DNA of 64,000 nt from Callorhinchus milii. Its lineage: Eukaryota. Each line of letters begins with the position of its first letter. Position 1 is the stretch's first letter. Both the position numbers and the translations under genes were made by a program. Positions 50,165 to 63,795 of this stretch are shown piece after piece. Location: contig NW_024704743.1 in NCBI RefSeq assembly GCF_018977255.1, positions 19,160,001 to 19,224,000 of the forward strand. The letters are read 5' to 3'. The notes under the pieces are model-generated. The model saw only the letters and a program-made list of their open reading frames with translations. It did no database searches and had not been told where the DNA came from.

Positions 50165-50490
50165 TAATTTGGGGATACGATGACACAAGGACATGAATTT
50201 AACATTAGGTCTGCGAGCATGAAAGGAAAATTCAGAAAGGTTTTTTTTCACCTGAGAGTTATCAAAATATGGAATGATTTGCCAAGTATAGCTATTGAAT
50301 CAGAGTCTACTGGGATCATTAAAAAGGGAATTAGATAAATCCATGCAGAGAGCGGGTATTAAGAGTATGGGAGAAGAACAAGGAACTAAGAAAGAAAAGG
50401 TGGTTTCAGTGGAGGAGCAAACACTGACACCAATATAATGGGTTGAATGGCCTCCTACCATTTTGTGGATTTCTAATGGTTCTATCATTC
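50165..50490 (+). mobile_element. Old CR1 3' fragment (further CR1 pieces at about 51295-51830)
   Basis: acacaaggacat...tttttcacctgagagttatcaaaatatggaat (TQGH / FFT.RV..WN) and 3' UTR. Confidence 0.75.
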
Positions 50491-50589
50491 ATTATTCAAT
50501 GATTTATTAGAAACACTAAGAGTCCAAGCCAGCTGTGGATAGCCCTCATGGATGGCCTCTATCACATGCCCAGCAGGTTGTTATTATAA

Positions 50590-51010
50590 TAATACTAATA
50601 ATACTTATCCCTGCATTTGATATAGTGCTTTCATCGGAGAATCTCTCAAAAGTGTTTCACAAGATCCACAGTAAAATGTAGTGACTTTTTTTAGGCCATA
50701 ATGGCAGCCAATTTGCACAAAACAATGTCCCACAAAAAGCAATGAAGTGAATGGTCAGTTTTATTTGGGGGACTGTTGGCCAGGACAATGAGGAAAACTT
50801 CCTTCTCATTTTCAAAGAGTGCCTTTAACATCTATTTGAACAAGCAGACCAGACCTCAGCTTAACGTCTGATCTGAAGGACAGAATCTCCAACAATGCAG
50901 CACACCCCAAGCACTGCATTGGAGTGTCAGCCTGGACGATGTGAGTTCAGAGCTCAAATGTGGAGCTTGAACCCATAACCTTCTGGCTCCGAGGATAAGA
51001 GAACAGAACT
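50590..51010 (-). mobile_element. Family B DeuSINE
   Basis: Reverse head, body, core and tail. Confidence 0.82.
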
Positions 51011-53122
51011 GACTCAGTCAAAGTAACAGATATTTATGCCTAAATGCAGCAATAGCTGAAAATACAGACAATTTCACTTAAAGAAATATGTATCAAATGC
51101 TGCCTGTTGTGCAATCCACATTGTTAGTTCCTTCTACAGTAGTCTGAATCAAGTTTACATCAATGTGTATCCACAGTCTAAAACGACAAACTTTACAAAG
51201 TAAGATATAGTAGAATGAGCCTCACCTATTAATGAGATCCGATTAAGATATTTACACTGATAAGATGGATTTGTTTTTTACACATTATAAAAAGGCTTGC
51301 AGAATTTCACTGGGATTGGTAGGGAATTCACAGGGAGTCAGTTACTAGGGGCCGTAGTCATAGGATAGTCACAAGAAGAATGAAAGGAGAGCTTTAGCAA
51401 AAAAAATTTCACTCAGAGAGTTGTTGGGATGTGGAATGACCTACTAAGTCACGTGTTAAAGGCAGAGCCCATTGTAGGTTTCAAGAGAGAAGTGGACAGG
51501 TATATGAAGGATAGTGGCTTGAAGGGGTATAGGGATGAAGCTGGGCTGTGAGATTGAATAAACATCTTGCTATGAGAGTTGGTGCAGACTCAATGGCTGA
51601 AAGATCTCCTTGTGTCCTGCAAATTTCTGTTGCTGTGAGACTGGTTATTTGATTTTACTTTCTGAATTCTATCTTATGGAATACAAATGTAAGGATGTAA
51701 TTTCAGGCCCCAGTGGGAGTATAAAAGGTGAATTGAGGACAATTATTTTCTCCTAGAGAGTTAGCAGAATATGGAATGATTTGTCAGCAGTGGCTGTTGA
51801 AGCAGACACAATTGTGGTCATTTAAGCATGTACAAACTCAGGATTTTCTTATGTCCTACAACTACACAAAGAATGCTTTAGGAAAGAATTTGGTGCCCTT
51901 TCACTTTCAGTTTAAAAACATTCACCTAAACCTGATTTTAACCCAATTTACATGATGACTTTGAAAGAAAAGAGCTGGAAAACCAAGCTTAAATGTTTCT
52001 CTGTGATAATAATAATATTAACAATAATCCTTGCATTTGAAAAAGCACCTTATTACGTCATTGAGACGTCTCAAAGATGTAATGCCTGAGGTATATTCAC
52101 ACATCACAAATTGCCCCAAACATCCTGTTGAGAAATGTGATAATTGATGTGATATTTGGGGTGTCAGCCAGGTTTCTGATGCACCCATCACCATGTTTCA
52201 AACCATACTACTGAGAGTTCCATCTAGATAGGGTTGATCTCTACCAAATTATCTATACTGACTCAAGGTAAAATGAGATGATTCTTCTTTACATCAAAAT
52301 GGGTAATACAGAGCATTGCAGTATTAACAAATCAAGTCACTAACACCATAAGGTTTTTACTATTTGGCTATGGCTGTGAGATAAAAGCCTCTAGAGCTAA
52401 TAACATCCCACCATGATTTGTTTCCAAGTGTGGCAACCACTACAATTAGAAAACTGAAGGAATTATACCTGAAAAGTGAATTTATGTTGGGTTAAATAAT
52501 TACTTAATAATGAATAAATACATTTAAAACAAACTTGCATTTGATATAACAGCATTCAGATCATGAGGATGTCGCAAAATGCTTTGCAGGATTTATTGTG
52601 AAGTGCAATGACTGTATATTTTGTAGGCAAACTTTTTGATGTACATAATTGCCTTGCTTTCTCAACTGAGCTATGCCTATAATTGCGGCCTTTTAAGTTG
52701 TTGCCTGAATCTTGATTTTATTGACCTTACTAAAATGCTTGAACGTGTTTTATAGATTGCTACATTTCAGATAATCATCTTTTTCAATTGATTGTAAAAT
52801 AATAGTTAGCATAATTTCGATTAATATTTTCTTAACCATCCTGCATTGTAGCTCTGAAAGCAGCTAAATGAATGAGATTGTTATTTGGAATTAAATACCT
52901 CAGGTTAGGTTCTGTTTAATGGTTTTAGGATTCTTCAACAACGAATTGCGATGATTAAAACTCTTTTGTAATTACTTAATGTGGGCTGTCCTTGAATATT
53001 TGTTGATGTATTAAACAGTAATGAATCATTGAGTTTGGGCACTCAGAAAAGATAAGTGCTCCATTCTAAATTGCATGAGACCAAAGTAATGGCCTATAAA
53101 ACTTAATCATTTGTAGCTGTCA

Positions 53123-53420
53123 GGGGGGCACTGGATGCTATAATGGATTAGAGTGCTGTCTTTTCACCTCGGGGACATGGGGCTGAATCCTGTCCAGAAT
53201 GTTAATAATAATAATAATAATCCTTGCATTTGATGTAATGCCTTATCATGAGATGAAACTCCCATTAATCTGTCTTTCAGTGATGCCCAGTACGAGTTCT
53301 GAGTCAAATAAATCTACATAGTCTGATGAATTAGTTTCCAGTGAATAAGAATCTTCACCACAAAACATTTCGTGATTTGACACTAGTTCATTAAATTTAC
53401 TCAACCTCAAGTTGGTGAGA
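53123..53420 (+). mobile_element. LF-SINE-like ancient SINE interrupted by a DeuSINE tail (53203-53250)
   Basis: ggggcactggatg..tggatt..ctttcacctc..gaatcc..ccag head and ccagtg..cacaaaac..tgacactagtt body resemble the LF-SINE consensus as I recall it. Confidence 0.55.
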
Positions 53421-56079
53421 AGCATTGTTGCAGTAAGGTTAGTAAGGTTTTTGTTAAGGACTTTGGAATCCTGTTGGTAATTTTAATGTTCAAACTATGG
53501 TGCAATTATATTTGTCTGTCAGCAGTTGGAAACCGAGGGTGAAAAATGCAATGTTTTCATAATGAATTCAATGTAATCTGTTATGAAATATTGTATTTTT
53601 TACTCCTTTTTTTTCTCATCTTTCAGCAACACTTGTAGTAAAATGGTGTGGTAAAAAAATAGCAATCTACCTAACCAGTTCTCACCTTTGTGAGAGTACT
53701 ACCTAAGTCAGAGGGTGGTTACCATCTGGTTTCATCTGTTACTCTAGATAATATTATAGCTCTTGGTGGCATTCTCTGTGAATATAGATAGCCTGATTGA
53801 AAGCTACTCACTTATTGCCCAGTTAAATTAATCATGAAATAATACATCATGTAATACCCTGGCTCATTTAGGAGCACTCTTGATTCTGAGTGAGAAGATT
53901 CTGGGTTCAAGACTTACGTCAAGACTTTGAACTCATGTAGGCTGACAATGTGCACCTCATTGTTGAGGGTGCCGTCGTTCAAATGAGTTGTTAAAACAAG
54001 ATCCCCTGTGTTTGTTCCAGTGTACGTTAAAGAGCCCATTGTACTGTACAAAGAGAGATTTTCCTGTTATTCTGGCCAACAGTCCCCCAAATAAAAATTG
54101 GTCACTCACTGCATGATTATTGTGGGACATTGCTGTGTACAAATTAGCTGTTACATTTGCCTACAAATAATAATAATGATAATCCTTGCATTTGTATAGC
54201 GCCTTATCACGTCGTCGAGACATCCCAAAGTGCTTCACAGAATGTACTGTATATATACAGTCGCTACACTTTACAGAGGCTCTTTGATCAGATTGTCCTT
54301 CTGACATGAAAAGTGTTATATCAAGTGTAAGGATTATTATTATTATTATGTTTGAGCAGTTCATGATGCCATAATATGCCTTTGAATGGTTTTGTTTTTT
54401 TAACCATTTCCACCAGGGAGGTGGGGAGGTAAAATGTAATTGAAAGCACGGTCAAAGAGGCATATTTTGAGACATGCCTTGAAAAAGGGAGGGAGGGAAT
54501 CAGAAAGACTGAGGAAGGAGTTCCAGAGTGTGGAAAGCCCGCCCACTGATAGTGGGATAATAGTGCAGGGGACATGAAGCAGGCCAGGTTTCATTACTAG
54601 GACAAATGAGGCAATTGAAGAAAGCAGCTGAGTTTACAGAACTTTTGGCTTTGGTGTGTGGTCTCTCGATCTGTCTTCCCCGAGTGAGGTCCAGCAGTTC
54701 TCTGCTCCATCACAGAGGGTTAAGGATGTTGAACCAGTCTAGCAGCCACACTATTCCAGTGATTACGTACCAATATCCAGCCAGTGTTGTACTTTCCCCT
54801 GGGATCAGGCAGCTAGAGATTAAATTCCAGCATAGTCACAGTAACTCCTGTGACATATCTTACTGGACCAGCCTCACAATTGAGAAGGACATTCTGGGGT
54901 AGGAGAGGGGACAAATGAAGTCCAATTATTTTTATAAATATATATTTTTCTGTGCTACAACAATTATGAGTGTTGGAACAGAAAGCACTCCACCTAGTCT
55001 CATCTATTCTTCTTATAAGAAAAAATGAGTTCAGTTATAATTCAGCAAGTTGTTCACGTTTAGCAGCTGATTTCAATTCCATCGCTTTAATTATCTTTTC
55101 TGCAGAGGCATAGATTTTTTCCAGGCAAGCAATAATGAGACATTTGGTTTCCAACCTCGCAAAGAACAGATATACATGATGCATTGCATTGCATTTTGGA
55201 AAGCTTAGCAATGTGCAAAAGAGTTTTTGTTCATTTTATGAATTAACCTGGCTTCCATTTATCAGTTAAATTGGAAACAGACATTGGTCGTCAAACTGGG
55301 AGATAGCTATGTGGATGTATTACAAAGTATTGCTTTTATACTACAGAGTTGCTCTAGAAGAATTACTCTTCTTTCACTCTCAAAGACTAGTGCTTTTAAA
55401 TGGCTCAGCTCTGAGGCATTACCCTACATAAAGAGCACTTTATGAATGCAAGTTGTTGATGATATTGTTGACTACTTTGTTAAGAATAGTTGCTGAAGGC
55501 AGTGTAGTGGTGTAGAGTATCACTGCATCAACCCTCGCTGACTGATACATGTGCCTGCATACCTGTGAGTCTCCATGTGGAATGAATCTGGTTGAGCTAT
55601 CAAAAGCAAGGTGACTTTTGATTCCCTTTGGGAAAAAGTTAGAACAAGGAACGAGGGTCAAACTTGACTGCTCTCACGAAGTTCCCAGTGCCAATTATAG
55701 AACAATATTCTGATGAAGATTCTGGTGGGTATAGAGGAAGTAAGTCCAAAATAATACTTTGTGATACATATGACAGCTGAATAAGAGAGCACAAGTTCAA
55801 AGTTGTGAACAGCAATTTTAAGACGGACACCAGGAAGTAATTCTTTATATAGAGGGTAATCAGCATTGCACTAGAGTGCCAGCTGAGACCATGAGCTCCA
55901 GATCCCTACATGGGGCTTGAACCAACATTCTTTTAACCCGGAGGTGAAAGTGCTACTGAGTGAGCCGGGCGTGTTATAATCTTTCTTGAATTGTAACACC
56001 ATATAATACAAAACAAGGATAAAACGTAACCACAAGAGAAGACGCTAACTTTACAGCAGTATGGAATGCTTGTTGCACT

Positions 56080-56442
56080 CATCTTCAAATCCCTTCATGC
56101 CCTGGCACCTCTCTACCTCTCTGAGCTGCTTACTCCTCAACCCACTACCTATTGCCTCCACTCGACTGACTCCAGCCTCCTACCTGCCCCTTGTGCCCTC
56201 TATTCCATCATCAGTGGCCACGCTTTCAGTCATTGAGCCCCGAAAACTCGGAACACTCTCTCTCAATCCCTCCACCTTGCCCCCTCCTTTACCATCTTCA
56301 ACTTGCTCCTGAAGACCTCCCTCTTTGACCGTGCTTAGGGTCACCTCCCCACTTCACCCGGCTCGGCATTATTCTCTGCCACTATCAAGCTCTCTTGGAC
56401 GCTACTCTAGTGACGCTATATAAGTGCATGTTGTTGTTGTTG
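56080..56442 (+). mobile_element. L2 3' fragment
   Basis: ctcatcttcaaatcccttcatgccctggcacct (LIFKSLHALAP) and (gtt)n tail. Confidence 0.85.
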
Positions 56443-57775
56443 AGGGTTAAACTTTAAGGATTAGAATAGGAAAGGCAAGAAGTATATAGCCCTGGAGACA
56501 TCTTGTAATTATTTAGAGGGCTCCCAAAGACTGTGTCGTCCTGTAAGTTCATCTTATTTTTCATTCTCAATTGGAATAGGTTTAAATCAATTTTACTTTC
56601 ATGTGTACTTTTGTTACAGAAATGTATGGTTCAGCAAGTTTTCAATTTCAAATGTTTTAAATCAGCGGTGCGTTTCATGTCTGCTGAGCAGAGACATCCA
56701 TTAATCACAAGAAAGGAATAACATGCTATGCAATGGCATGCATGTACAATACATATCACACTGTGTTCATCCTCCCTTTTAGGGGCTCATAGTAAGATAG
56801 AGTACATCAAACACATTTTTCTTAACCTTTTTTAAAGAGCTTCCTATTGTCTATTGGAGTGGCATGATGAAAACTGGGGCCAGGGCTGGATATTCCTCTG
56901 CTTCTTTTCCATTCAAAACGGATAGAAAGACACAGCTCAGAAATAATTCATTTGACCTAAGAAGTCCATGCCGGCATTTATGCTCTACACAAGCCCTATT
57001 CCCCCCTAATATGTTGACCTACACCCTCTATTACCTTCTCCCTCATGTATACATAATTTTCTTTTAAATACATTGATGTTATTTGCTTCAACTACAGCTT
57101 CCAGCAGTGAGTTTCACATTCTCATTACACTCTATTCGCAGAAGTTCCTCCTGCACTCCCTGTTAGACCTAATAATAATAAAAAATAATAATCCTTGCAT
57201 TTGATATGGTGTCTTGGCCAGAACATGAGAAGAAACTCCCAGCACTAATGTACTCCTAACTTGTTCTCAGTAATATTACTCAAAGTCAGCACTTGCTCTT
57301 TACTTTCATTCAACCCAATGGCAACAGCATAACTTTTCTGAAAGGAGTGTGATAATGAAAGGGTTTGAGCAATTTAACAGTGTGATAGGAGGAGACATTT
57401 CCCCTCCATTGAAATGTTTTTGCCCAAAGCTATTTCTACAATCTTGAGGCAGCTTCTGGTACTTTTAATCCCAGGCAGATCCAAGCATTTTGGTGCTGGT
57501 TTTGGGGAACGCCGGTCTAACTCAAGCTGAGTTTGGATGGTAATACGAATTACTGACACTGAAGTGCAGTTATCGACTGGAATTTCTCCAGCTGTGGAGT
57601 GTGCATATTGTGATAATTATCACAAGTCATAATTATAACATGAACATAGAGCACCCCCTTGGACACACAACACACCTGTGTCATATATTAGAATCAGGAT
57701 CATTGGGGCAGGATTTACTGAAGTGTATTAACTGAATTGTGTAGATGAATTCAGCAGTGAATGTGTACAATTTGA

Positions 57776-58130
57776 TGATAATAATAATAACCCTGGCATT
57801 TGGTATAGAGCTATACAAATGTAACCTTGTTGTTGTTGTAGAGTCTTATCAGGTTGTTGAGATGTCTCAAAGCGCTTCACCGAATATATTGTAAAGTGGA
57901 TTGACTGTGTATTGTGTGGGCGAAACGCAGGAGCCAATTGTGTACTGCAGTGTCCCACAAACAGTTGTGGATTCAGGAACCAAATAATTTTTTTTGGAGT
58001 GATTATTAACCTCAGAAAGTGATCCGTGAATTGACTAACAACTGGGTTCCTACTTACTGGTAGGTAAACAGAGACGTGTGGTTTAAGAAAACTTGCCTAA
58101 GATTTTGTCTTGCCCGGGAATCGAACCTGG
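57776..58130 (-). mobile_element. Family A DeuSINE (long subfamily), head truncated
   Basis: Core, extra segment and B box. Confidence 0.82.
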
Positions 58131-58492
58131 GCAGGAGAGCTACCAAATGAGCCAGGCTGACACCTGACTGGAAAAAAATGCATTTGATATTGGAGCAAAA
58201 TAAAGGCACCAGTTGCATATCCTTCATTATAGAATCATAGAAGTATCTCGCTTTCCCTCTTCTCTCCTAAAAGCATTTTACTCCGTTTTCCTTCTACAGA
58301 TACAGTTTTACAGGCACTAGTGGCCTTCCACTACAATAATAATAATCCTTACATTTGATATAGTTCCAAGATCGTGACAACATGTCAAACTATTTTGTGG
58401 CTAATTGCTCTAAAGTATAGATTGTGTATTTATAAGTGAACACAGCAGAGAATTTAATGTAAGGATTTCACTAATATTCAGTTAATTGAAAT

Positions 58493-58612
58493 GCAAAATT
58501 ACTGCGGATGCGGAAAATCTGAAACAAAAACAGAGGTCGCTGGGAGCACTCAGCAGGTCAGGCAGCATCTATGGAGAGAGGAAAGTGAATCAACGTTTCG
58601 GGTCTGTTTTGT
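58493..58612 (-). mobile_element. Penelope-like terminal-repeat fragment with an inverted end and a ~14-bp TSD
   Basis: gcaaaattactgcggatgcggaaaatctgaaacaaaaacag...cagcaggtcaggcagcatct...aacgtttcgggtc; flanks ttcagttaattgaa / ttcagttaactgaa. Confidence 0.75.
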
Positions 58613-59316
58613 TTCAGTTAACTGAATATCGGACAATGAAACAGTTCAGTTTACATGCCTAATCTAAGAATACAGATCAGTTAACTGAATACTGGATATA
58701 CGAATAATTTGGTTTATTGAATAATTCATTGGCATCCTCCTCCTTCTTCACCCTCCCTATTACGTTGATTTCAAAAATGTGCTGAAACACAAAGGCCTTC
58801 CATAGCACATATCATGTCATCATGTCATTCTCATTTCACAGCGTAAATTCTTCTGTAGCACAGTAATGGTTAATAATTTGATGCAGGTTTAACCTTCCCA
58901 GTTCTTTGCATATTTCACTAATTTTGAAAAATACATGGAGCTCATTCTCCTCTCAGTAATAATAACTGATGGTTTTATTAATACAGTACACCCGTGCTCC
59001 CAGTGACAATTTATTGTGAAAACAGGAGCTTTAAATATGTTGCAGCTAAAATCCTTTTAAAACCCACAAAGGAACTCCGAGATGAAAAATATTATAGCTA
59101 AAAATACTGGACTTCCCCACTTTATTTGAATAGGAAACAGTTTTCCTCGTCTTTTGTGGAAATTAATGTAGTGTGAAACTTGCAAAATATGCAGAATAAA
59201 TAACCGAATAAAAATATAAATCATAAGCTTCAGCCTAGAAAAATGTGTTCCAAACAGCCCAAATGAGAAATATCACAGAGAACAAAAATAAATGATGATT
59301 GGAATGCACCTACATT

Positions 59317-59770
59317 AATAATAACAAAAATCCTTGCAGTTAATCCAGCGCCTTATCATGACGTCCAAATGTCTCAAAGAGCTTCACAGGATTTATTGAA
59401 GTACAGTAATTGCATTTTGTATGCTGAAAGTGGCAGCCAATGTATACATAGCAACGACCCATAAACAGCCAAGAAATAAAGAGCCAATTTTATCTTCATG
59501 GATTGTTGGCCAGCACACTGGGATAAACTCCCTTCTCTTTTCGAATAATGCCATGGGATCTTTATTGTCTACCTGCACAGCCAGGTAGGACCTTGGTTTA
59601 ATCATCTTATCTGAAGGACGGCACCTCTGATAATGCAGTGCACCCCCAGCACTGAAATGGATTGTTAGCCTAAAGTCAGACGATAGACGATGAGCTCAAA
59701 GTCTTGACAAGGAGCTTGAACAAACTTCTGACTCAGTGGCAGCAGTGCTACCAAATGAGCCAGGCTGACA
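59317..59770 (-). mobile_element. Family B DeuSINE, full length
   Basis: Reverse head, body, core and tail. Confidence 0.85.
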
Positions 59771-60780
59771 CCTGACTTGAGGAATAATAACATGGGCTAA
59801 ACATGGGCTTTACTCGCATCACCCTGATCAGTGGAAAGCTACATTTCTGGAATATTATTATTATTGTAAGGTTCACATTGACTTCTCACACAAAGTCAAA
59901 TAAAGCTCAGGTTCAGCAGGCAGCAACTGAAGCATTTTTGTTACAAACTTTGTCCCTGGATTCAAACCAGGTTTCTAACACAAACATGGAAACTGAGGCA
60001 GACTCTCCTTTTCCTATTGGGATAACTGTACTGCCTGTTTGTTTTGTCTGAAAGCACCTGAATTGAGCAGTGGGTGTTAGTAAAAGGCTCGGTGTGGTTA
60101 GTGTGTCTCAGTTGATAGTACTCTCACTTTTGAGTCAGATGGTTGTGGGTTCATGCTGCAAGTTGGGATTTTGAACTCACAGGCTAGGCTGACACTTCAG
60201 TGCAGTGCTGGCGGTGTGCTGCGTTGTTGGAGACATTAAACGGATGTCCTGACTGTCTGTTCAGGTGGCGTTAAAGTTCCTGAACAGGCAGGTGGGACCT
60301 TATTGCAACATCTGCTGTGCGCAATTGGCTGCTGCATTTCGCCCACAATTATACAGTCAATTTACTTTACAGTATATTCTGTGAAGCGCTTGGCACGTCT
60401 CAAAGAGGTGAAAAGCATTAAATGCAAGGATTATTATTATCTCATCTGACGGTCGACAGCTCCGATAATACAGTGTTGCTGTGTCAGCCTGGTTCACAAG
60501 CTCTAAGTTCCCAACATGGGACTTAAGTTAACTCACAAACTACTGACTCTGAGGCGAATGTGCTACCAATTGACGCAGGCTGACACGTCTCCACTTGTGG
60601 CTATTATTCATCCAATTTCAAAGGATACCTATGAAATACTGGTTCACTACTTTGAAAGTCTGTCTCTCGAAAACCTTTACTTCAGGAAGCATTATGCAAA
60701 CTCAAACATCTTACAATCTTAACTTTTCTAAACTGTAGTATTATTCTCGTAGTAGTATGTAGTAGTATTATGTAGTATTT

Positions 60781-61191
60781 TACTCACAACATCCACATCG
60801 TTATTTTCTCGTTTTCCTCTTACAGATCTACCAAAGCACACGGGCATGAGACTGGGCAATGCTTACCACACTAACCACACTAAGTCTGTTACTGACACCC
60901 ACTGCTCAATTCAGGTTCTTTCAGTCTGAGCCTCTTGATTCTGCTGCTCGATGACCTCTCACAAAGATGATCTATTTTATAATGGGGTCAGAAACATAGG
61001 ATTCACAAGAGGATCTGAAAATGATTCATGAATACTGAATCCTAACTCTAACTACATTTTGCTGTTTTCAGTGAATTTTATCCAACCACGCATAAGTATA
61101 CCGTAAAGTTCCTCTGATCATTAAAATGCAAATCCAGAATCTTTTTTTGAATCCTGTTGTAAATCCCGTGGGAATGTGGATGTTGTGAGTA
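60781..61191. mobile_element. Putative MITE with 18-bp perfect terminal inverted repeats, TA at both ends
   Basis: tactcacaacatccacat (60781-60798) and atgtggatgttgtgagta (61174-61191). Confidence 0.55.
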
Positions 61192-61286
61192 TAACCCATA
61201 TTCCACCAAAATCCCTAGAACATCCTGTTACTTAGGAGTCCACTGGAGTATAATTGCGACTGTCTAGTGATTAATCAATCTATTCC

Positions 61287-62270
61287 TGTCTGCCTGTCCG
61301 ACATCGAGTCCTGGACGAGAGACAACTTTCTTCAGCTCAACGTGCGAAAAACCGAGGCCCTCCTGATTGGCTCACGTCAGCGCCTCCGCACCTCAGGCGC
61401 TGACACCATCAGCATCCAAGGCTGCACTCTCCACCTCTCAAAGCCAGTCAGGAACCTCGGCGTTTTGTTCGACCCTGAGCTGTCCTTTCTCCCTCACATC
61501 CGCACCACAACTGGCACCGCCTTCCATCACCTCCGGAATATCGCCAGATTACGGCACTACCTCACCCCTCACGCCGCTGAAACCCTGGTTCACGCCTTTG
61601 TCACCTCAAGGCTGGACTATGGGAACTCTCTCCTCGCCGGCCTTCCCACCACCTCCCTCCACAAGCTGCAGGTCATTCAGAACTCTGCAGCTCGTGTACT
61701 GTCCCGCACCAGACACCGCGACCACATCACTCCCACCCTCGCTCGCCTCCACTGGCTCCCCATCCCCCAGAGGATTGATTTCAAGATCCTCATCCTCACC
61801 TACAAGGCCATTCACGGCCTCGCTCCCTCCTACCTCTCCAACCTACTATCCCCCTACCTACCTGCCCGTACCCTCCGTTCCTCTGGCTCCGGTCTGCTCC
61901 ACGTCCCCCGCCCCAATCGCCCTACTATCGGTGGTCGGGCCTTCAGCCTCTCAGCCCCCAGGCTCTGGAACTCCATCCCCCAGTGCCTTCGCCGCCTCCT
62001 CCCTTTCCTCCTTCAAGGCCGGTCTCAAAACCTTTCTCTTTGACCGTGCCTTCAGCTCCCCTCTCGACTCTCTTCCTCCTCCTCGCTCCCTCCCTTCCCT
62101 CCCCTCACCCTGACCATTTCCCCCCTCCTCTCTCCCTCCCTTCCCTCCCCTCACCCTGACCATTTCCCCCCTGCTCGGGTCATGACCCAACTGTGCAGCG
62201 CCTTGGGACGTCCTCCTGACGTGAAAGGCGCTCTATAAATGGAATCTTGTTGTTGTTGTTGTTGTTGTTG
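61287..62270 (+). mobile_element. Young 5'-truncated L2 LINE with a near-intact ORF2 C-terminus, (gtt)n tail and 6-bp TSD
   Basis: ORF 61267-62043 (CLSDIESW...LDYGNSLL...RLHWLPIPQRIDFKIL...GGRAFSLSAPRLWNSIP); tattcc at 61281-61286 and 62271-62276; ~41-bp repeat in the 3' UTR. Confidence 0.96.
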
Positions 62271-63639
62271 TATTCCACAGGGCCATTGCAGGGTTTTACC
62301 CAAGTTTTAGTTGTATTATATAGTGAGCCTATGCAAATCGAACCACATGTAGATTTTGATTTTCACATTAACCTGCATTTTCTGCCCTTGTGTTAATTTT
62401 CACACCTACTGCATGTTTTGCCTCCAATGGTTTTAAGGCAGAGGTGTCAAGGGACATGTTGAAAGGGTGGGGATATGGTATTATGTTGCATTTCAGCCGG
62501 GAACTTGCTGGATAGGCTGAATGGTGTGCCCCGGTCCCTATCGTTTTTGCTCTCAAGACCATGAGAAACTTGGGTCTCAGAAATCTCAAGGTTGGCCTGA
62601 AATCTCTAACTAGAATGTAAAATATTTTTTTATTTTCATGATTTTATAAAGCTTACACAATAAACCTTAATAGAAATCACGCAATCCAGAATTGTAAGTT
62701 GCATTATATTGATCACGTTCTGTTATTAAGTTGAGTGATATAAATTGGCTTCATACCACTTACCTGAATGTAGAAAAGGAGACATTTAAATAAGCGTTTT
62801 CTTTTTAAAACTGAGGTAAGTTTGATCGTTGTCACTGCTGTAAATGCATCATCGGCAAGCATTGCCTTTCAATCATTTCAATAAATCTTGAAGGCTGTCA
62901 CTTAAAGGTAGACAAAACAACAAGTTTATAAGGTGATGTTTGCTGACAATCTGCACTATCTCTTTCTCTTTGCTGTGTTATTTCCAATTTGTTTCGAATG
63001 CTGTGAACATAAAGTATTTATGACTTTGTTTTAACATTTAAATCTCTTTCTATAAATGATAAATGTGGAGAGGCGCGGTAATATTTGCCATTCAATCGTG
63101 AAAAACTTGGGAAAGTCAATGAGAAAAGGCCATTTGGCTCAGTGAAACACATGCACTTACTTTAACTAAATGCTATTCAAATTTTTTTTAATGTCCTAAT
63201 TGTTTTTGAAATCATGGCAGCTTTTAATATATTTCTTTGTATTGTTCCTCTCCGATCTTCTCCCTCCTCTGTACTTAAGGTGTTCGCCTGTTTTTTTTTC
63301 CTTCTTCCACTAGGGAACAGATACCCTCACCCAAATGGCTTGATGTAAACATTAGTGTTACAATGGAGGATTCACAACCAAGCTCAATTCTGTCCTCACC
63401 CAACAGCGACACATGCTCACCCTGTTATATTCACATCGCTGATGAGCGTTCAAGAGCTGCCTTGCTTCCCTTCTGAGCCTAGAGAAGCTAAGGCCAATTG
63501 CTTTTGTCAATTGCTGCCCCAGGGCACCTAGTCAATGCCTTCATCCAGGAGACCATTGAGAAGCTTCTTTGCTTCCTTCATATTTTCTTCTTTCCTTATT
63601 CCTTTATTCAATGAATTAATTTATGATTTAATTAATTTA

Positions 63640-63795
63640 AACGACTGTTGTGGGACATTGTTGTGCGCGATTGGCTGCTGTGTTTTGCCCACAAAATATA
63701 CAGTCAATTCACTTTACAGTATATTATGTGAAGCGCTTTGAGACGTCTTGAAGACGTGATAAGGCACTATATCAAATGCAAGGATTATTATTATT
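63640..63795 (+). mobile_element. DeuSINE 3' half
   Basis: Deu core and (att)n tail. Confidence 0.85.
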
